A DNA stretch of 64,000 nucleotides. Origin: Lachnospiraceae bacterium UBA1729. GTDB taxonomy: Bacteria > Bacillota > Clostridia > Lachnospirales > Lachnospiraceae. The notes beneath the pieces are model-generated. The model was given only the letters and a program-made list of their open reading frames with translations. It did no database searches and was not told the origin of the DNA. A program made the translations under genes and the position numbers. The stretch covers positions 1,884-65,883 of the forward strand of contig DCIJ01000078.1 in assembly GCA_002315945.1 (NCBI GenBank), written 5' to 3'. Position 1 is the stretch's first letter. Each line of letters opens with the position of its first letter. This document shows positions 34,536 to 45,049 of this stretch, in pieces.

Positions 34536-36608
34536 TTAGCTAAAGTAGCTTGCTGACTCTTTGAGTCTGTTAGCTGTTTCTTCCAGATTAGTAACCACAT
34601 TGGCAAGTCCATTAATACTATCATTTACCAACTGAGCAGATGCAGATACCTCCTCGCTGGATGCACTTGTCTGCTGGGATACAGCACTTAAGCTTTCGGC
34701 AATATCTGTAACGCTGTTCTTAATATCAGTAATATTACCCATATTGTCAGAAACAGAATTTGTATTGCTTCCGATATCATTAATCTGGCTAATTACCCTG
34801 TTGAACATATCTCTGGTAGTATCCAGCTTTTCTAACTGAACACCTGCAGAATTTACCAGATCATCAGCGATGGTATTAGTTTCGTTAATAGTTTCAATGA
34901 GCTTCTGAATAATCTCTTTGATATTATTTGTCTGCTGAGCTGAATTATCAGCCAGATTTCTGATTTCACTGGCTACAACAGAGAAACCTCTTCCAGCCTC
35001 TCCGGCTCTTGCTGCTTCTATGGAAGCATTGAGAGACAGCAGATTGGTCTGTGAAGAAATATCAGAAATAGCTTCAGTAATAGTATTGATTTCTTCAGCA
35101 GCTCTAACATTTTTCTCAGACTGAACTGAAATTGAATCAATATTGTTCTTTGTAATATTAGTGATATCTATCAGTTCACTCATAAGTGTATGAGCCTGTC
35201 TTGACAGTTCAACAGTAGAATCTGTCATGCTTCTTACACTGATGATTTCATCATTGGACTCATCAATATTAGCACCCAGCTCCTGAACACTGGCCATCTG
35301 GGTTGAAACATTGGCTGCCAGATCTGTATTGCCCTGAGCCACCTCATTAATTGCTGAGCTAATCTGTCCTATTGACTCAATGGAAGTATCTACCGTATTC
35401 TTCAGTTCAACACTGTCATCAATCAGACTATTGGTTGCGTTCTGAATATCATATACAACGCTGGTAACTTTATCCTTAAGGATATTCAGATTATCTAATA
35501 AAGTCTTAATTTCACTAATCTTGCTATTTCTTGCGAATTCAACGGACAGGTCACCACCAGCAAACTGTCTGCATCCCTTTGCAACCATATCAATAGGTTT
35601 AGTAATTCTGGATGCTAATACAACTGCTATTGTGCCAAACAACAGTATGAGAATAATATCAATAATTACAGCAGCAACCACCATCTTTCTGGAGCCAGAC
35701 ATGATATCGTCCTTGTCCCCAGTTACAACTACTATTGAACTATTATCAGGAGCTACATAGTAACTTGCATATTTGGTTGTCTGATTAAAATATGTAATAC
35801 ACTCAGATTCAGGATGTTCTCCTGCCTTGATTCTATCCATAAGGCCCGTTACAAAAGCATTGGTAACAGGGGTACCAATCTTCTCAACCTTAGGAGTAGC
35901 TGCAAAATTACCGTTAGCATCAACGATATATCCATAAGCAGAATCTATTCCCAGACTGCTTACATCAATTATTCTATCTGAAATAGGCTTAAGATAGCTT
36001 CCACCACCTACATAACCAATAGGTGTATCCCCATCATAGATAGGAGAATACATAGAGATTGTAAGCTGTCCTGAAGCCGGTGAGGTAAGAATACCAGCAC
36101 AATACACCCCATCCTTGTTTGCTGCCAGAGCGTCCTGAAGCTGTTTAAGTCTGTCACCCTCACGTACAGGCTTGCCAACAACCTCTCTAACCGGATGAGC
36201 AAGAGTTACCGAATCCCAGTTTGATATGTATACAGACTCCCAGCCATCCAGCTTTCCAAGGAATTCATCAGTATAGTCCTGAGCAATCTGCTGTAAGACA
36301 GGATCATCAGGATTCTTAAGGAAATTTACTACCTCTGCCGAAGTTGTAAAACTTTTTAGAATTGACTCATTTGTCTTGATTGCATCGTTAAACTGTTGGC
36401 CCTTACTTATTGCCATGCTGTAGATACTGTTAGAAACAGACTTATCCAACAATTTAACACTCTGAGAAACCAGAAGCATTGATGTAATAATACTTCCAAT
36501 TATTAACGGAATAATACACAATACCGGGAGAATACTTTTCAGTGACAATTCTCCTTTTTTCGCTTGCTTAGGTTGCTTTGTGGTCCCACTTTTAGTCTTA
36601 GTCCTCAT
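34536..36608 (-). CDS. Methyl-accepting chemotaxis protein (Cache-type sensor, HAMP, MA domain)
   Basis: C-terminal signalling domain ([31 protein letters not shown]). The ATG at 36608 lies 8 nt after GGAGG. The longer ORF-track start overlaps the upstream gene. Confidence 0.9.
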   Translation of the reverse strand: MRTKTKSGTTKQPKQAKKGELSLKSILPVLCIIPLIIGSIITSMLLVSQSVKLLDKSVSNSIYSMAISKGQQFNDAIKTNESILKSFTTSAEVVNFLKNPDDPVLQQIAQDYTDEFLGKLDGWESVYISNWDSVTLAHPVREVVGKPVREGDRLKQLQDALAANKDGVYCAGILTSPASGQLTISMYSPIYDGDTPIGYVGGGSYLKPISDRIIDVSSLGIDSAYGYIVDANGNFAATPKVEKIGTPVTNAFVTGLMDRIKAGEHPESECITYFNQTTKYASYYVAPDNSSIVVVTGDKDDIMSGSRKMVVAAVIIDIILILLFGTIAVVLASRITKPIDMVAKGCRQFAGGDLSVEFARNSKISEIKTLLDNLNILKDKVTSVVYDIQNATNSLIDDSVELKNTVDTSIESIGQISSAINEVAQGNTDLAANVSTQMASVQELGANIDESNDEIISVRSMTDSTVELSRQAHTLMSELIDITNITKNNIDSISVQSEKNVRAAEEINTITEAISDISSQTNLLSLNASIEAARAGEAGRGFSVVASEIRNLADNSAQQTNNIKEIIQKLIETINETNTIADDLVNSAGVQLEKLDTTRDMFNRVISQINDIGSNTNSVSDNMGNITDIKNSVTDIAESLSAVSQQTSASSEEVSASAQLVNDSINGLANVVTNLEETANRLKESASYFS

Positions 36609-36714
36609 AACGTATACCTCCGTAAACCTTCCTTCACCCACCCAACGGATAGGTAAAAAAATACCCTCTATGTACATGTTAAACCATGTACACAGAGAGG
36701 TCAATATTTTTTTA

Positions 36715-38226
<1,512 letters not shown>

Positions 38227-38237
38227 CTACTCCTTTA

Positions 38238-39077
38238 TTAACCTTTTACACTACCTGCAGACATACCTGCAATGAAAGTTTTCTGATTCAGCAGGAATAC
38301 TACCATAATTGGCAGTACACTCATAACTGCGCCAGATAATAGTAAATCATAGTTATTACCGTAGGGTGTAAGCAGTGACTGAAGTCCCAGTGGCAGTGTC
38401 TGCATCTCTGTAGTTCTTAATACTATCATAGGCCAAACCATTGCATTCCAGCTGTTCATGGACAAAAGAATTGTCATGGCACCATAAGCAGGAAGCATCA
38501 GAGGCATCATAAGCTTAAAGAAGATACTGAATTCTCCACAGCCATCAATTCTGCCTGACTCCATAATTTCAGTAGGAAGTCCTATCGCAAACTGTCTGAA
38601 GAAGAATACTCCAGTGGCAGGAACCACAAAAGGAAGAATTACACCGGCATAGGTATTAATCATTCCAAAGGTATTAATCTGCTTGTACAGAGGCAGAATA
38701 AGAATTTCAACAGGTACCATCATAACCAACAGTACTAATACAAAAATAAGGTTACGACCTTTGAATCTGTACTTTGCAAGACCATATCCTACAAGAGATG
38801 ACAGGAATAATCCCACTACTACCTGCAGCACCATGATAATAACGCTGTTCTTGTACCAGTCAATATACATTCCGTCTCTGTCTGTTGTGAGGAGACCATA
38901 GTTTACGAGACTATAATTTTCAAAGTCGAATTTAAACTGTAGACCATTTCTAATCATCTCACTTCCCGGTTTGAAGGAAGATATTAACAGAAAGAAGAAT
39001 GGCATAAGTGCGCATATCGCAAATATCAGCATAAGGGCAGTTGCCAGAATTGATAAAAATGTCTTTTTCTTTTTCAT
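38238..39077 (-). CDS. Carbohydrate ABC transporter permease
   Basis: 279-aa MalG-like permease with an EAA-like loop (ESGRIDGCGEFSIFFKLMMP). Confidence 0.9.
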   Translation of the reverse strand: MKKKKTFLSILATALMLIFAICALMPFFFLLISSFKPGSEMIRNGLQFKFDFENYSLVNYGLLTTDRDGMYIDWYKNSVIIMVLQVVVGLFLSSLVGYGLAKYRFKGRNLIFVLVLLVMMVPVEILILPLYKQINTFGMINTYAGVILPFVVPATGVFFFRQFAIGLPTEIMESGRIDGCGEFSIFFKLMMPLMLPAYGAMTILLSMNSWNAMVWPMIVLRTTEMQTLPLGLQSLLTPYGNNYDLLLSGAVMSVLPIMVVFLLNQKTFIAGMSAGSVKG

Positions 39078-40006
39078 TATTCTGCCTCCTTACCAAGTGA
39101 TCCGTTAAATTTAAGCTGGATAATATTAATTATCAGCACGCTTCCTAACAGAACAATACCTGCTGCTGAAGCGATACCAAAGTTATTTCTGTTGAAGCCC
39201 TGTGCATAGATGTAACTAACAATAGTAGCACCAATATCACCAGGAGTTCTGGCACCATTAAACAATGTGAAGGATTCAGCAAACATTGAGAAACCACCAT
39301 AGATTGAAATGGTAAGTACATATATAATAGTAGGCTTTACACAGGGAACTGTGATGTGCATAAATCTTTGCCAGCTGTTTGCACCATCCAGCTCTGCCGC
39401 TTCGTATAAATCCTTGGGAACTGTCTGAAGAGCAGACAGATAATATACAATGTTAACACCCATCCATTTCCAGCAGCAGAAGATTACAAGTACAATCCAG
39501 GTGGTTGTTCTCTTCTCAAGCCAACCCTGAGCTGGCATTCCCAAAGAGGTCAACACACTGTTAAATAGTGCTTCTGCATTGGATGAAAAGGCATATCTGA
39601 AGAACAATCCTGCCATAACAACGCTGGTTAAGGCTGGAATAAACATTGCGCTCTTAATTCCGTCAGCCTGTTTTACAAAACCAGAATTAATCAGGTTGGC
39701 AAGAATCAAAGGCAGCGGTATCAGTATCAGGCATGTAAAGAAGGTATACATAGCTGAGTTTTGCACTGATTTCATAAAAAATTCATCCATCAGCAGCTTA
39801 TAGTTTGCAAATCCGGCAAAATGTGGAGGTGCAAAACCTACCTGCTGACACAGACTCTGATAAAAGGTCTGACATATCGGATACAGGAAAAATATTAAAA
39901 AGTATAGGACAAAGGGGCTCACAAAGATGTAAGGAGCTATGTCCTGCATTCTTATTTTCTTTTTTGAAGCAGAAATCTGTTTTGCTCCATTATTATTATT
40001 AGCCAT
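39077..40006 (-). CDS. Carbohydrate ABC transporter permease
   Basis: 309-aa MalF-like permease (EAAELDGANSWQRFMHITVP). Confidence 0.9.
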   Translation of the reverse strand: MANNNNGAKQISASKKKIRMQDIAPYIFVSPFVLYFLIFFLYPICQTFYQSLCQQVGFAPPHFAGFANYKLLMDEFFMKSVQNSAMYTFFTCLILIPLPLILANLINSGFVKQADGIKSAMFIPALTSVVMAGLFFRYAFSSNAEALFNSVLTSLGMPAQGWLEKRTTTWIVLVIFCCWKWMGVNIVYYLSALQTVPKDLYEAAELDGANSWQRFMHITVPCVKPTIIYVLTISIYGGFSMFAESFTLFNGARTPGDIGATIVSYIYAQGFNRNNFGIASAAGIVLLGSVLIINIIQLKFNGSLGKEAE

Positions 40007-40074
40007 TATAATTCCTCTTTTGTCTTACCATAACGTCGCGCGCTTAGCACATGTCCTTATGGTATTTACACACA

Positions 40075-40101
40075 GCGGGAACGATTATAAACCGTTCCCG
40101 C
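40075..40101 (-). promoter_or_regulatory. Intra-operon stem-loop after the binding-protein gene
   Basis: GCGGGAACG-N9-CGTTCCCGC, a 9-bp stem with no T-run. Typical of an mRNA-stabilising hairpin in ABC operons. Confidence 0.55.
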
Positions 40102-40133
40102 CATATTAGATATCTTTATTTAATCAACAAATT

Positions 40134-41516
40134 TTACTGCATTGCACGGAGCTGATCTGCTGCTTCCTTAAGTGCTTCTGCAGGAGTCTTGCTCTTCTCA
40201 CTGAGCACTTCGAACATAACTGTCTTCTGTACTAATGTAAGTGCCTGAGGATACAGAGGGTTAGATGTTGACAGTGATGTGATTGATGCAGCTGTATCAT
40301 TCATAACCTGATATACATCATCGCCAAAGTAATCTGTAAATCTGTTAGGAGCTGTCATAACGGGATCTGAGTAGATATCTTTTCTGATAGGATCAAATCC
40401 TAAGTCAGTCCATGTCTTAATAGCACCTTCCTGTGAAACTTTAGCAAAGTACAGGAAATCCTTGCAAAGCTGAGGATCCTTAGCCTGGTTGGTTACAGAT
40501 GTACCTGTTCCACCAAGACCTGCTGAGTTAGCGCCGCCTTCTTTCCATACAGGCATTGTTCTAACTGCCATCTTCTGATCAAGGTCAGGCATGTAATCTG
40601 TGAATCTGTTCAGGTACCACAGAGGCATTGCGATTGCAGCTACGTTACCTTCGTTCATGTAAGCGTACCACTCTTCACTATGGCAGAAGCCACCTGGCAT
40701 TGTGCAGAAGATATCATCGTTGATACCATCAAGGAGCCACTGAAGTGTGTCAATGTTAATCTGGTTGTCAAGGATTACTTCGCCGGTCTTAGGATCGAAG
40801 AAATCACTTCCCTGCTCTGTAATCAGAGGATAGTAGGTCCAGTGCTCAGTTGTCTCGCAAGCCATGATGTACTTGCCAGTCTTCTCACGGATAACCTTAC
40901 CAGCTTCCTTGAAGTCATCCCATGTTACGATTGAGTTGATATCAACGCCTGCCTGCTCAAAGATTTCCTTGTTGTACATCATTGCAGCAGCACCTACGTG
41001 ATAGTCAACACCGTAGTAGTTTCCATGGTTAGCATAGTTGTCAAATCTACCCATAATGAGGTTGTCCTTATCAGGCTCAATTACATCATTAAGAGGAAGA
41101 AGGGGAATGCTTGCTTCATCACCAGTGATGAAGTTAGCGTACATAGCGATTTCGATATCAACGATATCAGGAGCGCCGGTACCTGTCTGTAAAGAAATCA
41201 TCAGGTTGTTATGTAAGTCATCATAACCCAATGTTTCAGGCTGAAAATCAATAGGTCTGTCAGGGTTCTGCTCGTTCCATCTCTTAGCTGCATCTTCCAT
41301 AAATGTCTGATGAGCTGCCTGGAATGTCCAGAATGTAACAGGTGTTGCTCCTGCGGGTGCAGGCTCTTTTGCTTCATCTGCAGCGGCTTCAGCTGGAGCT
41401 GCTTCTGTTGTTGCAGCTGCATCACTTGTAGCGGGTGCAGTCTCAGTCTTTCCACATGCACACAATGATAATACGGTGCAAAGAGAAAGTACGATTGCAA
41501 GTGCTTTCTTTTTCAT
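40134..41516 (-). CDS. Carbohydrate ABC transporter substrate-binding lipoprotein
   Basis: 460 aa with lipobox LSLCACG and an Ala/Glu/Thr-rich linker. Confidence 0.9.
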   Translation of the reverse strand: MKKKALAIVLSLCTVLSLCACGKTETAPATSDAAATTEAAPAEAAADEAKEPAPAGATPVTFWTFQAAHQTFMEDAAKRWNEQNPDRPIDFQPETLGYDDLHNNLMISLQTGTGAPDIVDIEIAMYANFITGDEASIPLLPLNDVIEPDKDNLIMGRFDNYANHGNYYGVDYHVGAAAMMYNKEIFEQAGVDINSIVTWDDFKEAGKVIREKTGKYIMACETTEHWTYYPLITEQGSDFFDPKTGEVILDNQINIDTLQWLLDGINDDIFCTMPGGFCHSEEWYAYMNEGNVAAIAMPLWYLNRFTDYMPDLDQKMAVRTMPVWKEGGANSAGLGGTGTSVTNQAKDPQLCKDFLYFAKVSQEGAIKTWTDLGFDPIRKDIYSDPVMTAPNRFTDYFGDDVYQVMNDTAASITSLSTSNPLYPQALTLVQKTVMFEVLSEKSKTPAEALKEAADQLRAMQ

Positions 41517-41630
41517 TTGTAATCCTCCTTAAGATTAATAAATTGCTACTCTCCAAAGATAAGGCGCCGTTTTTGTGCACCTTGCACAAGCAGCAACCTT
41601 TTCCTCATGCCATAATGATAATTGTGCACA

Positions 41631-41720
41631 TTTGGATTGTCAAGAGCTATTTTGACTTTTTTTGAATTATTTTGGATTTTTATATTTGTTTTGGATTTTC
41701 CTATTTATTTTGGTTTTTTC
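41631..41720. promoter_or_regulatory. Four spaced TTTGGATT/TTTGGTTT boxes in a divergent promoter region
   Basis: TTTGGATT at 41631, 41671 and 41690, and TTTGGTTT at 41710. The region lies between the sugar ABC operon and the ArsR-like regulator. Confidence 0.45.
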
Positions 41721-41788
41721 CAAATATTTGTAGACAGGTTCGATATATAATGCTAGAATAGAATCAGTTTTGGGGAAAGGTTGGAAAA

Positions 41789-42703
41789 ATGAGAAATATT
41801 CAGGACTTATCAAATGCATTACCGCTATTAAAATGTCTGGGTTCAGATATCAGAGTAGCTATTCTGGAACTGCTAATTCAAGAAGGCCCTCAGCAGATGA
41901 GTGATATTTCCAGTAGTCTGGGTATCACTTCAGGTTCTCTGTCTCCACATATGAAGATGCTGGCAGACAATGGACTTATTAGTATAAAGTTTGATTCCGG
42001 CAAACGGGGAATTCAAAAGATATGCAGTATTGCTGAAGACAGAATCATAATAGATTTAGAAAATTATGAGAACAAGAACAATATGTACGAGGCTGAGATT
42101 GGGGTTGGACAGTATTCAGACTATAAGATTTATCCTACCTGTGGAATTTCCACTCCTGATCATGTAATCGGCGATGTTGATTCAGCCAGATTCTTTGCTT
42201 CTCCGGAGAGATTCAATGCTGGCATCCTTTGGTTCACTGAAGGTTATATTGAATATATGATTCCCAACTATATCACCGAATACCAGAGTGTAGTTGAACT
42301 GCTCTTTTCCTTCGAAATAAGTAGTGAAGCCCCAGGTGTTCGTGAGGACTGGCCCAGTGATATCCAGTTTTCAATCAACGGTGTGGAATTATGCACCTGG
42401 ACCTCTCCCGGTGACTTTGGAACCCACACCGGTATATATACTCCTGAATGGTGGAATCCCAACTGGAATCAGTATGGACTTCTCAAATTCCTTTCTATCA
42501 ACGAAACCGGTACTTATATTGATGGATTCAAAAAGTCGGATGTAACTATTTCCGAGCTTAATATCACTGCCGAATCCAGCATCAAATTGAGAATGACTGT
42601 ATCAAAGGAGAGTGAGCACTGCGGAGGTCTCACACTATTCGGCCGTTCCTTTGGTAACTATAACCAGGATATTAAAATCCGTATGCACTACAAAGAGACC
42701 TGA
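41789..42703 (+). CDS. ArsR-like winged-HTH regulator with a ~210-aa uncharacterised C-terminal domain
   Basis: N-terminal LKCLGSDIRVAILELLIQEGPQQMSDISSSLGITSGSLSPHMKMLADNGLI. I do not recognise the C-terminal Trp/Gly-rich part. Confidence 0.7.
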   Translation: MRNIQDLSNALPLLKCLGSDIRVAILELLIQEGPQQMSDISSSLGITSGSLSPHMKMLADNGLISIKFDSGKRGIQKICSIAEDRIIIDLENYENKNNMYEAEIGVGQYSDYKIYPTCGISTPDHVIGDVDSARFFASPERFNAGILWFTEGYIEYMIPNYITEYQSVVELLFSFEISSEAPGVREDWPSDIQFSINGVELCTWTSPGDFGTHTGIYTPEWWNPNWNQYGLLKFLSINETGTYIDGFKKSDVTISELNITAESSIKLRMTVSKESEHCGGLTLFGRSFGNYNQDIKIRMHYKET

Positions 42704-42743
42704 TGCAGATTTTCGTGCTGGCACGAATCTGCACTTGGACATC

Positions 42744-42765
42744 AAAAAAAACACCACACAGGTGT
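42744..42765 (-). terminator. Weak terminator after the three-gene cassette
   Basis: Minus-strand hairpin ACACC-tgtgt-GGTGT followed by T7. Confidence 0.45.
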
Positions 42766-42820
42766 CCTTATGGTAAATCGGGTAGGAGGTAGATAATTAT
42801 TTTATCTACCGACCTCCCAC

Positions 42821-42853
42821 AGCACCGTACGGTTCCGTATTCGGTGCTTTTCT
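42821..42853 (+). terminator. Plus-strand stem-loop plus T-run (terminator of the ArsR-like transcript or of a small RNA)
   Basis: GCACCGTACGG-ttc-CGTAttCGGTGC followed by TTTTCT. It is preceded by a second long hairpin at 42780-42818. Confidence 0.5.
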
Positions 42854-42970
42854 AGTTTTCAGTAATCCTCCGATTGGCGAACACTTCTACATACTCTTTC
42901 TGTTTTCCAGATACCAATTGCAGATAGTCCTCTATACAAAGTTGTCTGTCTTTAAATCCATCATTGGTTA

Positions 42971-43408
42971 CTATTCCAATGCTTTTTTTAGTCTGAAATT
43001 TGTCCTGCCAGATTTTTTTTCATTAGCGAGTTCATAAATCTCATCTTGTTGTAACAAAAGTCCACTTGGATTTCTGCCTATTATGATATATTGATTTACC
43101 GAATCTGAAGCTATATACTGTCGCATTTTATCATTTAAAAGAATATCGGCATTATCAATTACAAAGATCTTGCCATTACTGGTTGTTCTTTTGATAGCAG
43201 TCTTATAACCTTTATTTTGATCCAGATAGTTAAAGCATTTTATTCTCTTATCTTCTGCAGACAATTCCTGCAAAAAAGAAAAAACAGCAGACTTTCCAAC
43301 TCCTGAGTCGCCGACTATAAATGTTATATTCTGGGTCAAATCTAGGTCTACATCATAGGATGTATGCTTTGTAACTATTTTATTTGTAATTATCGGTTTA
43401 ATTTTCAT
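42971..43408 (-). CDS. Mini P-loop NTPase (Walker A and Walker B only)
   Basis: 145 aa. GDSGVGKS is Walker A and KIFVIDNAD is Walker B with DN instead of DE. There is no ABC signature. It overlaps the upstream gene by 11 nt. Confidence 0.7.
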   Translation of the reverse strand: MKIKPIITNKIVTKHTSYDVDLDLTQNITFIVGDSGVGKSAVFSFLQELSAEDKRIKCFNYLDQNKGYKTAIKRTTSNGKIFVIDNADILLNDKMRQYIASDSVNQYIIIGRNPSGLLLQQDEIYELANEKKSGRTNFRLKKALE

Positions 43409-43838
43409 CAGACCACCACTCCTTTAATTCATCGTAGGAATTAATATCAATAGTGCCTTTCTTTCCTACTGCTTTTACCTTTTTCATTTCAAATGAAATT
43501 AACGGATAATCACAAGTAATATTCCCGTTATCTAAGGAATAAATAACATCTAATGCATTTTCTCCACACTCTCGTATATCGAAGATCTTATCCTTGTTAT
43601 ACATAATATTAAGAACAGTTTTGCACCCAGTAGAAAGCTTATCAATATTTAAAATCCCACCATCAAAGCGCGATCTAATAGTAAATTTATCCACCATTTC
43701 AGACTGATCAATTTTAAAAATTATATCAATAGCCTTCTCATCAAGTTTTTCAGACGTATATTTATTAAAAAAAATATCATTAAGTTTAATCAATTCCATA
43801 TCTTTCGGTATAGTTTTCATTTTATATACTGCTATCAT
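43398..43838 (-). CDS. Small protein with an ABC-signature-like segment and no P-loop
   Basis: 146 aa. LSTGCKTVLNIM resembles the LSGGQ-type signature. IFDIRECGENALD follows 13 aa later and resembles a degenerate Walker B plus D-loop. Confidence 0.55.
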   Translation of the reverse strand: MIAVYKMKTIPKDMELIKLNDIFFNKYTSEKLDEKAIDIIFKIDQSEMVDKFTIRSRFDGGILNIDKLSTGCKTVLNIMYNKDKIFDIRECGENALDVIYSLDNGNITCDYPLISFEMKKVKAVGKKGTIDINSYDELKEWWSDEN

Positions 43839-44527
43839 AATAGTCCTACCCCGCTAAAAGATTTTTTTAACGACGATTTCTCAACAAGCGTTTTTCTCTT
43901 CATTTCATGATCTAAACGATCGACATCCAAACCACAAATATCATCTGACTTCCTTTTTGTCCAAGTACAGCAATCATTAACAAAACATTCCCCAAGCTCA
44001 CTTTTATCGGTTTCAAAACCCGTATTTCTTGTAATATCCCTAATCAATGAAGCTGCAAGCTGCTCAGAATTCTTACTTACATCGTATTTTGTCAGTTTCC
44101 AGAATAGTTTGCGTTCTTCATTGTCAATTCCTTCAAATATCATTTTCAAAAATATTTCTCGAGCCAAGAGATAATTTTCTCTTTTATCCTTTAAGTTGTC
44201 TTCTTTTGCAAATACCCATTCTCCTAATAGTTCAAATGACAACAATGCAAATTCAAAAGAATGGATTTTAACTATGTATACATTATCCTTGGCCTTAGCA
44301 ATTTTATTTACTCTTTGTGTCTCGCGCAATACATCTATATTATCCATCGGCATATCCATGAACACATAATATATGTTGTCATCTTCAGGAATCTGCTCTA
44401 CTGCTTTCCTCAGCTCCGAATTATTCTTTTTTGACTGTACAATTATTTCTTTGTCTAAAACCTCAAATATTTTGCACCAAAATTCGTATCCGGCACCAGT
44501 GTCCTCACACCATACATATTTTTTCAT
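43835..44527 (-). CDS. Putative Toprim/DUF4435-like domain protein
   Basis: 230 aa. KKYVWCEDTGAGYEFW has an acidic residue after strand 1. YYVFMDMPMDNID is DxD-like, and IHSFEFALLS follows. It overlaps the next gene by 4 nt (ATGA). The assignment rests on motif resemblance only. Confidence 0.45.
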   Translation of the reverse strand: MKKYVWCEDTGAGYEFWCKIFEVLDKEIIVQSKKNNSELRKAVEQIPEDDNIYYVFMDMPMDNIDVLRETQRVNKIAKAKDNVYIVKIHSFEFALLSFELLGEWVFAKEDNLKDKRENYLLAREIFLKMIFEGIDNEERKLFWKLTKYDVSKNSEQLAASLIRDITRNTGFETDKSELGECFVNDCCTWTKRKSDDICGLDVDRLDHEMKRKTLVEKSSLKKSFSGVGLL

Positions 44528-44547
44528 CCAGTACTCCTATATTGTTC

Positions 44548-44829
44548 TCATGCGAATTTCTTTGATTCATGTATCAAGACGCAACCATCCATATATCTGG
44601 AATAATACTTAATCTGGAGTTTTTCCTTAATCATTATATCAAAGCCATCAAGATAATATAATGCAAACCATTGACTTGTCTGATTACCAAGTGGTAGCCC
44701 TTTGCCTGGAGCAACTTCATAACTATCAATGATTAGATACAGTAGTTCTAATACCTCAACATCTTTAACCCAGGACTTTAATTTATTTTCTCCCTTTTTC
44801 AGGAAAGTGTCCCTAATGCTTAGGAACAC
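44548..44829 (-). pseudogene. Reverse transcriptase remnant (motifs 4-5 only)
   Basis: GKGLPLGNQTSQWFALYYLDGFD is RT motif 4. YSRYMDGCVLI is motif 5 with YMDG in place of YxDD. Motifs 1-3 and the thumb are absent, and the upstream flank is AT-rich non-coding sequence plus a terminator. Confidence 0.7.
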
Positions 44830-44936
44830 CTAATACTATGAATAATACCACATTTTATACATTTTTTATTTATTTTCCTAGTGTGGGATTTATTTTTACT
44901 TACTGATTTTCTCTTTGAATTAGATTTGAATTTTAG

Positions 44937-44967
44937 AAAAGCCCTTAGCTTTTGACTAAGGGCTTTT
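44937..44967 (-). terminator. Terminator after the K+ channel gene
   Basis: AAAAGCCCTTAG-N7-CTAAGGGCTTTT. Confidence 0.8.
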
Positions 44968-45049
44968 CTCTACTTAATTCCAAACAATTTACCCAACTTG
45001 GCTTGTCTACCTTGTTTGGTTGTTGGTATTCCACTTTTCTTCTTTGCCA

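Noticed and set aside
42852-43018. A ~55-codon open frame on the minus strand (..KKSIGIVTNDGFKDRQLCIEDYLQLVSGKQKEYVEVFANRRITEN).
   Set aside because: It has no start codon or RBS, overlaps the end of the P-loop gene and has no recognisable motif. It is at most a gene remnant and is not reported as a feature.
44548-44829. An intact retron, group II intron or DGR system.
   Set aside because: Only 93 codons covering RT motifs 4-5 remain and the catalytic YxDD is altered to YMDG. There is no maturase or endonuclease domain, no intron-like RNA domains V/VI, and no template or variable repeat pair evident nearby.
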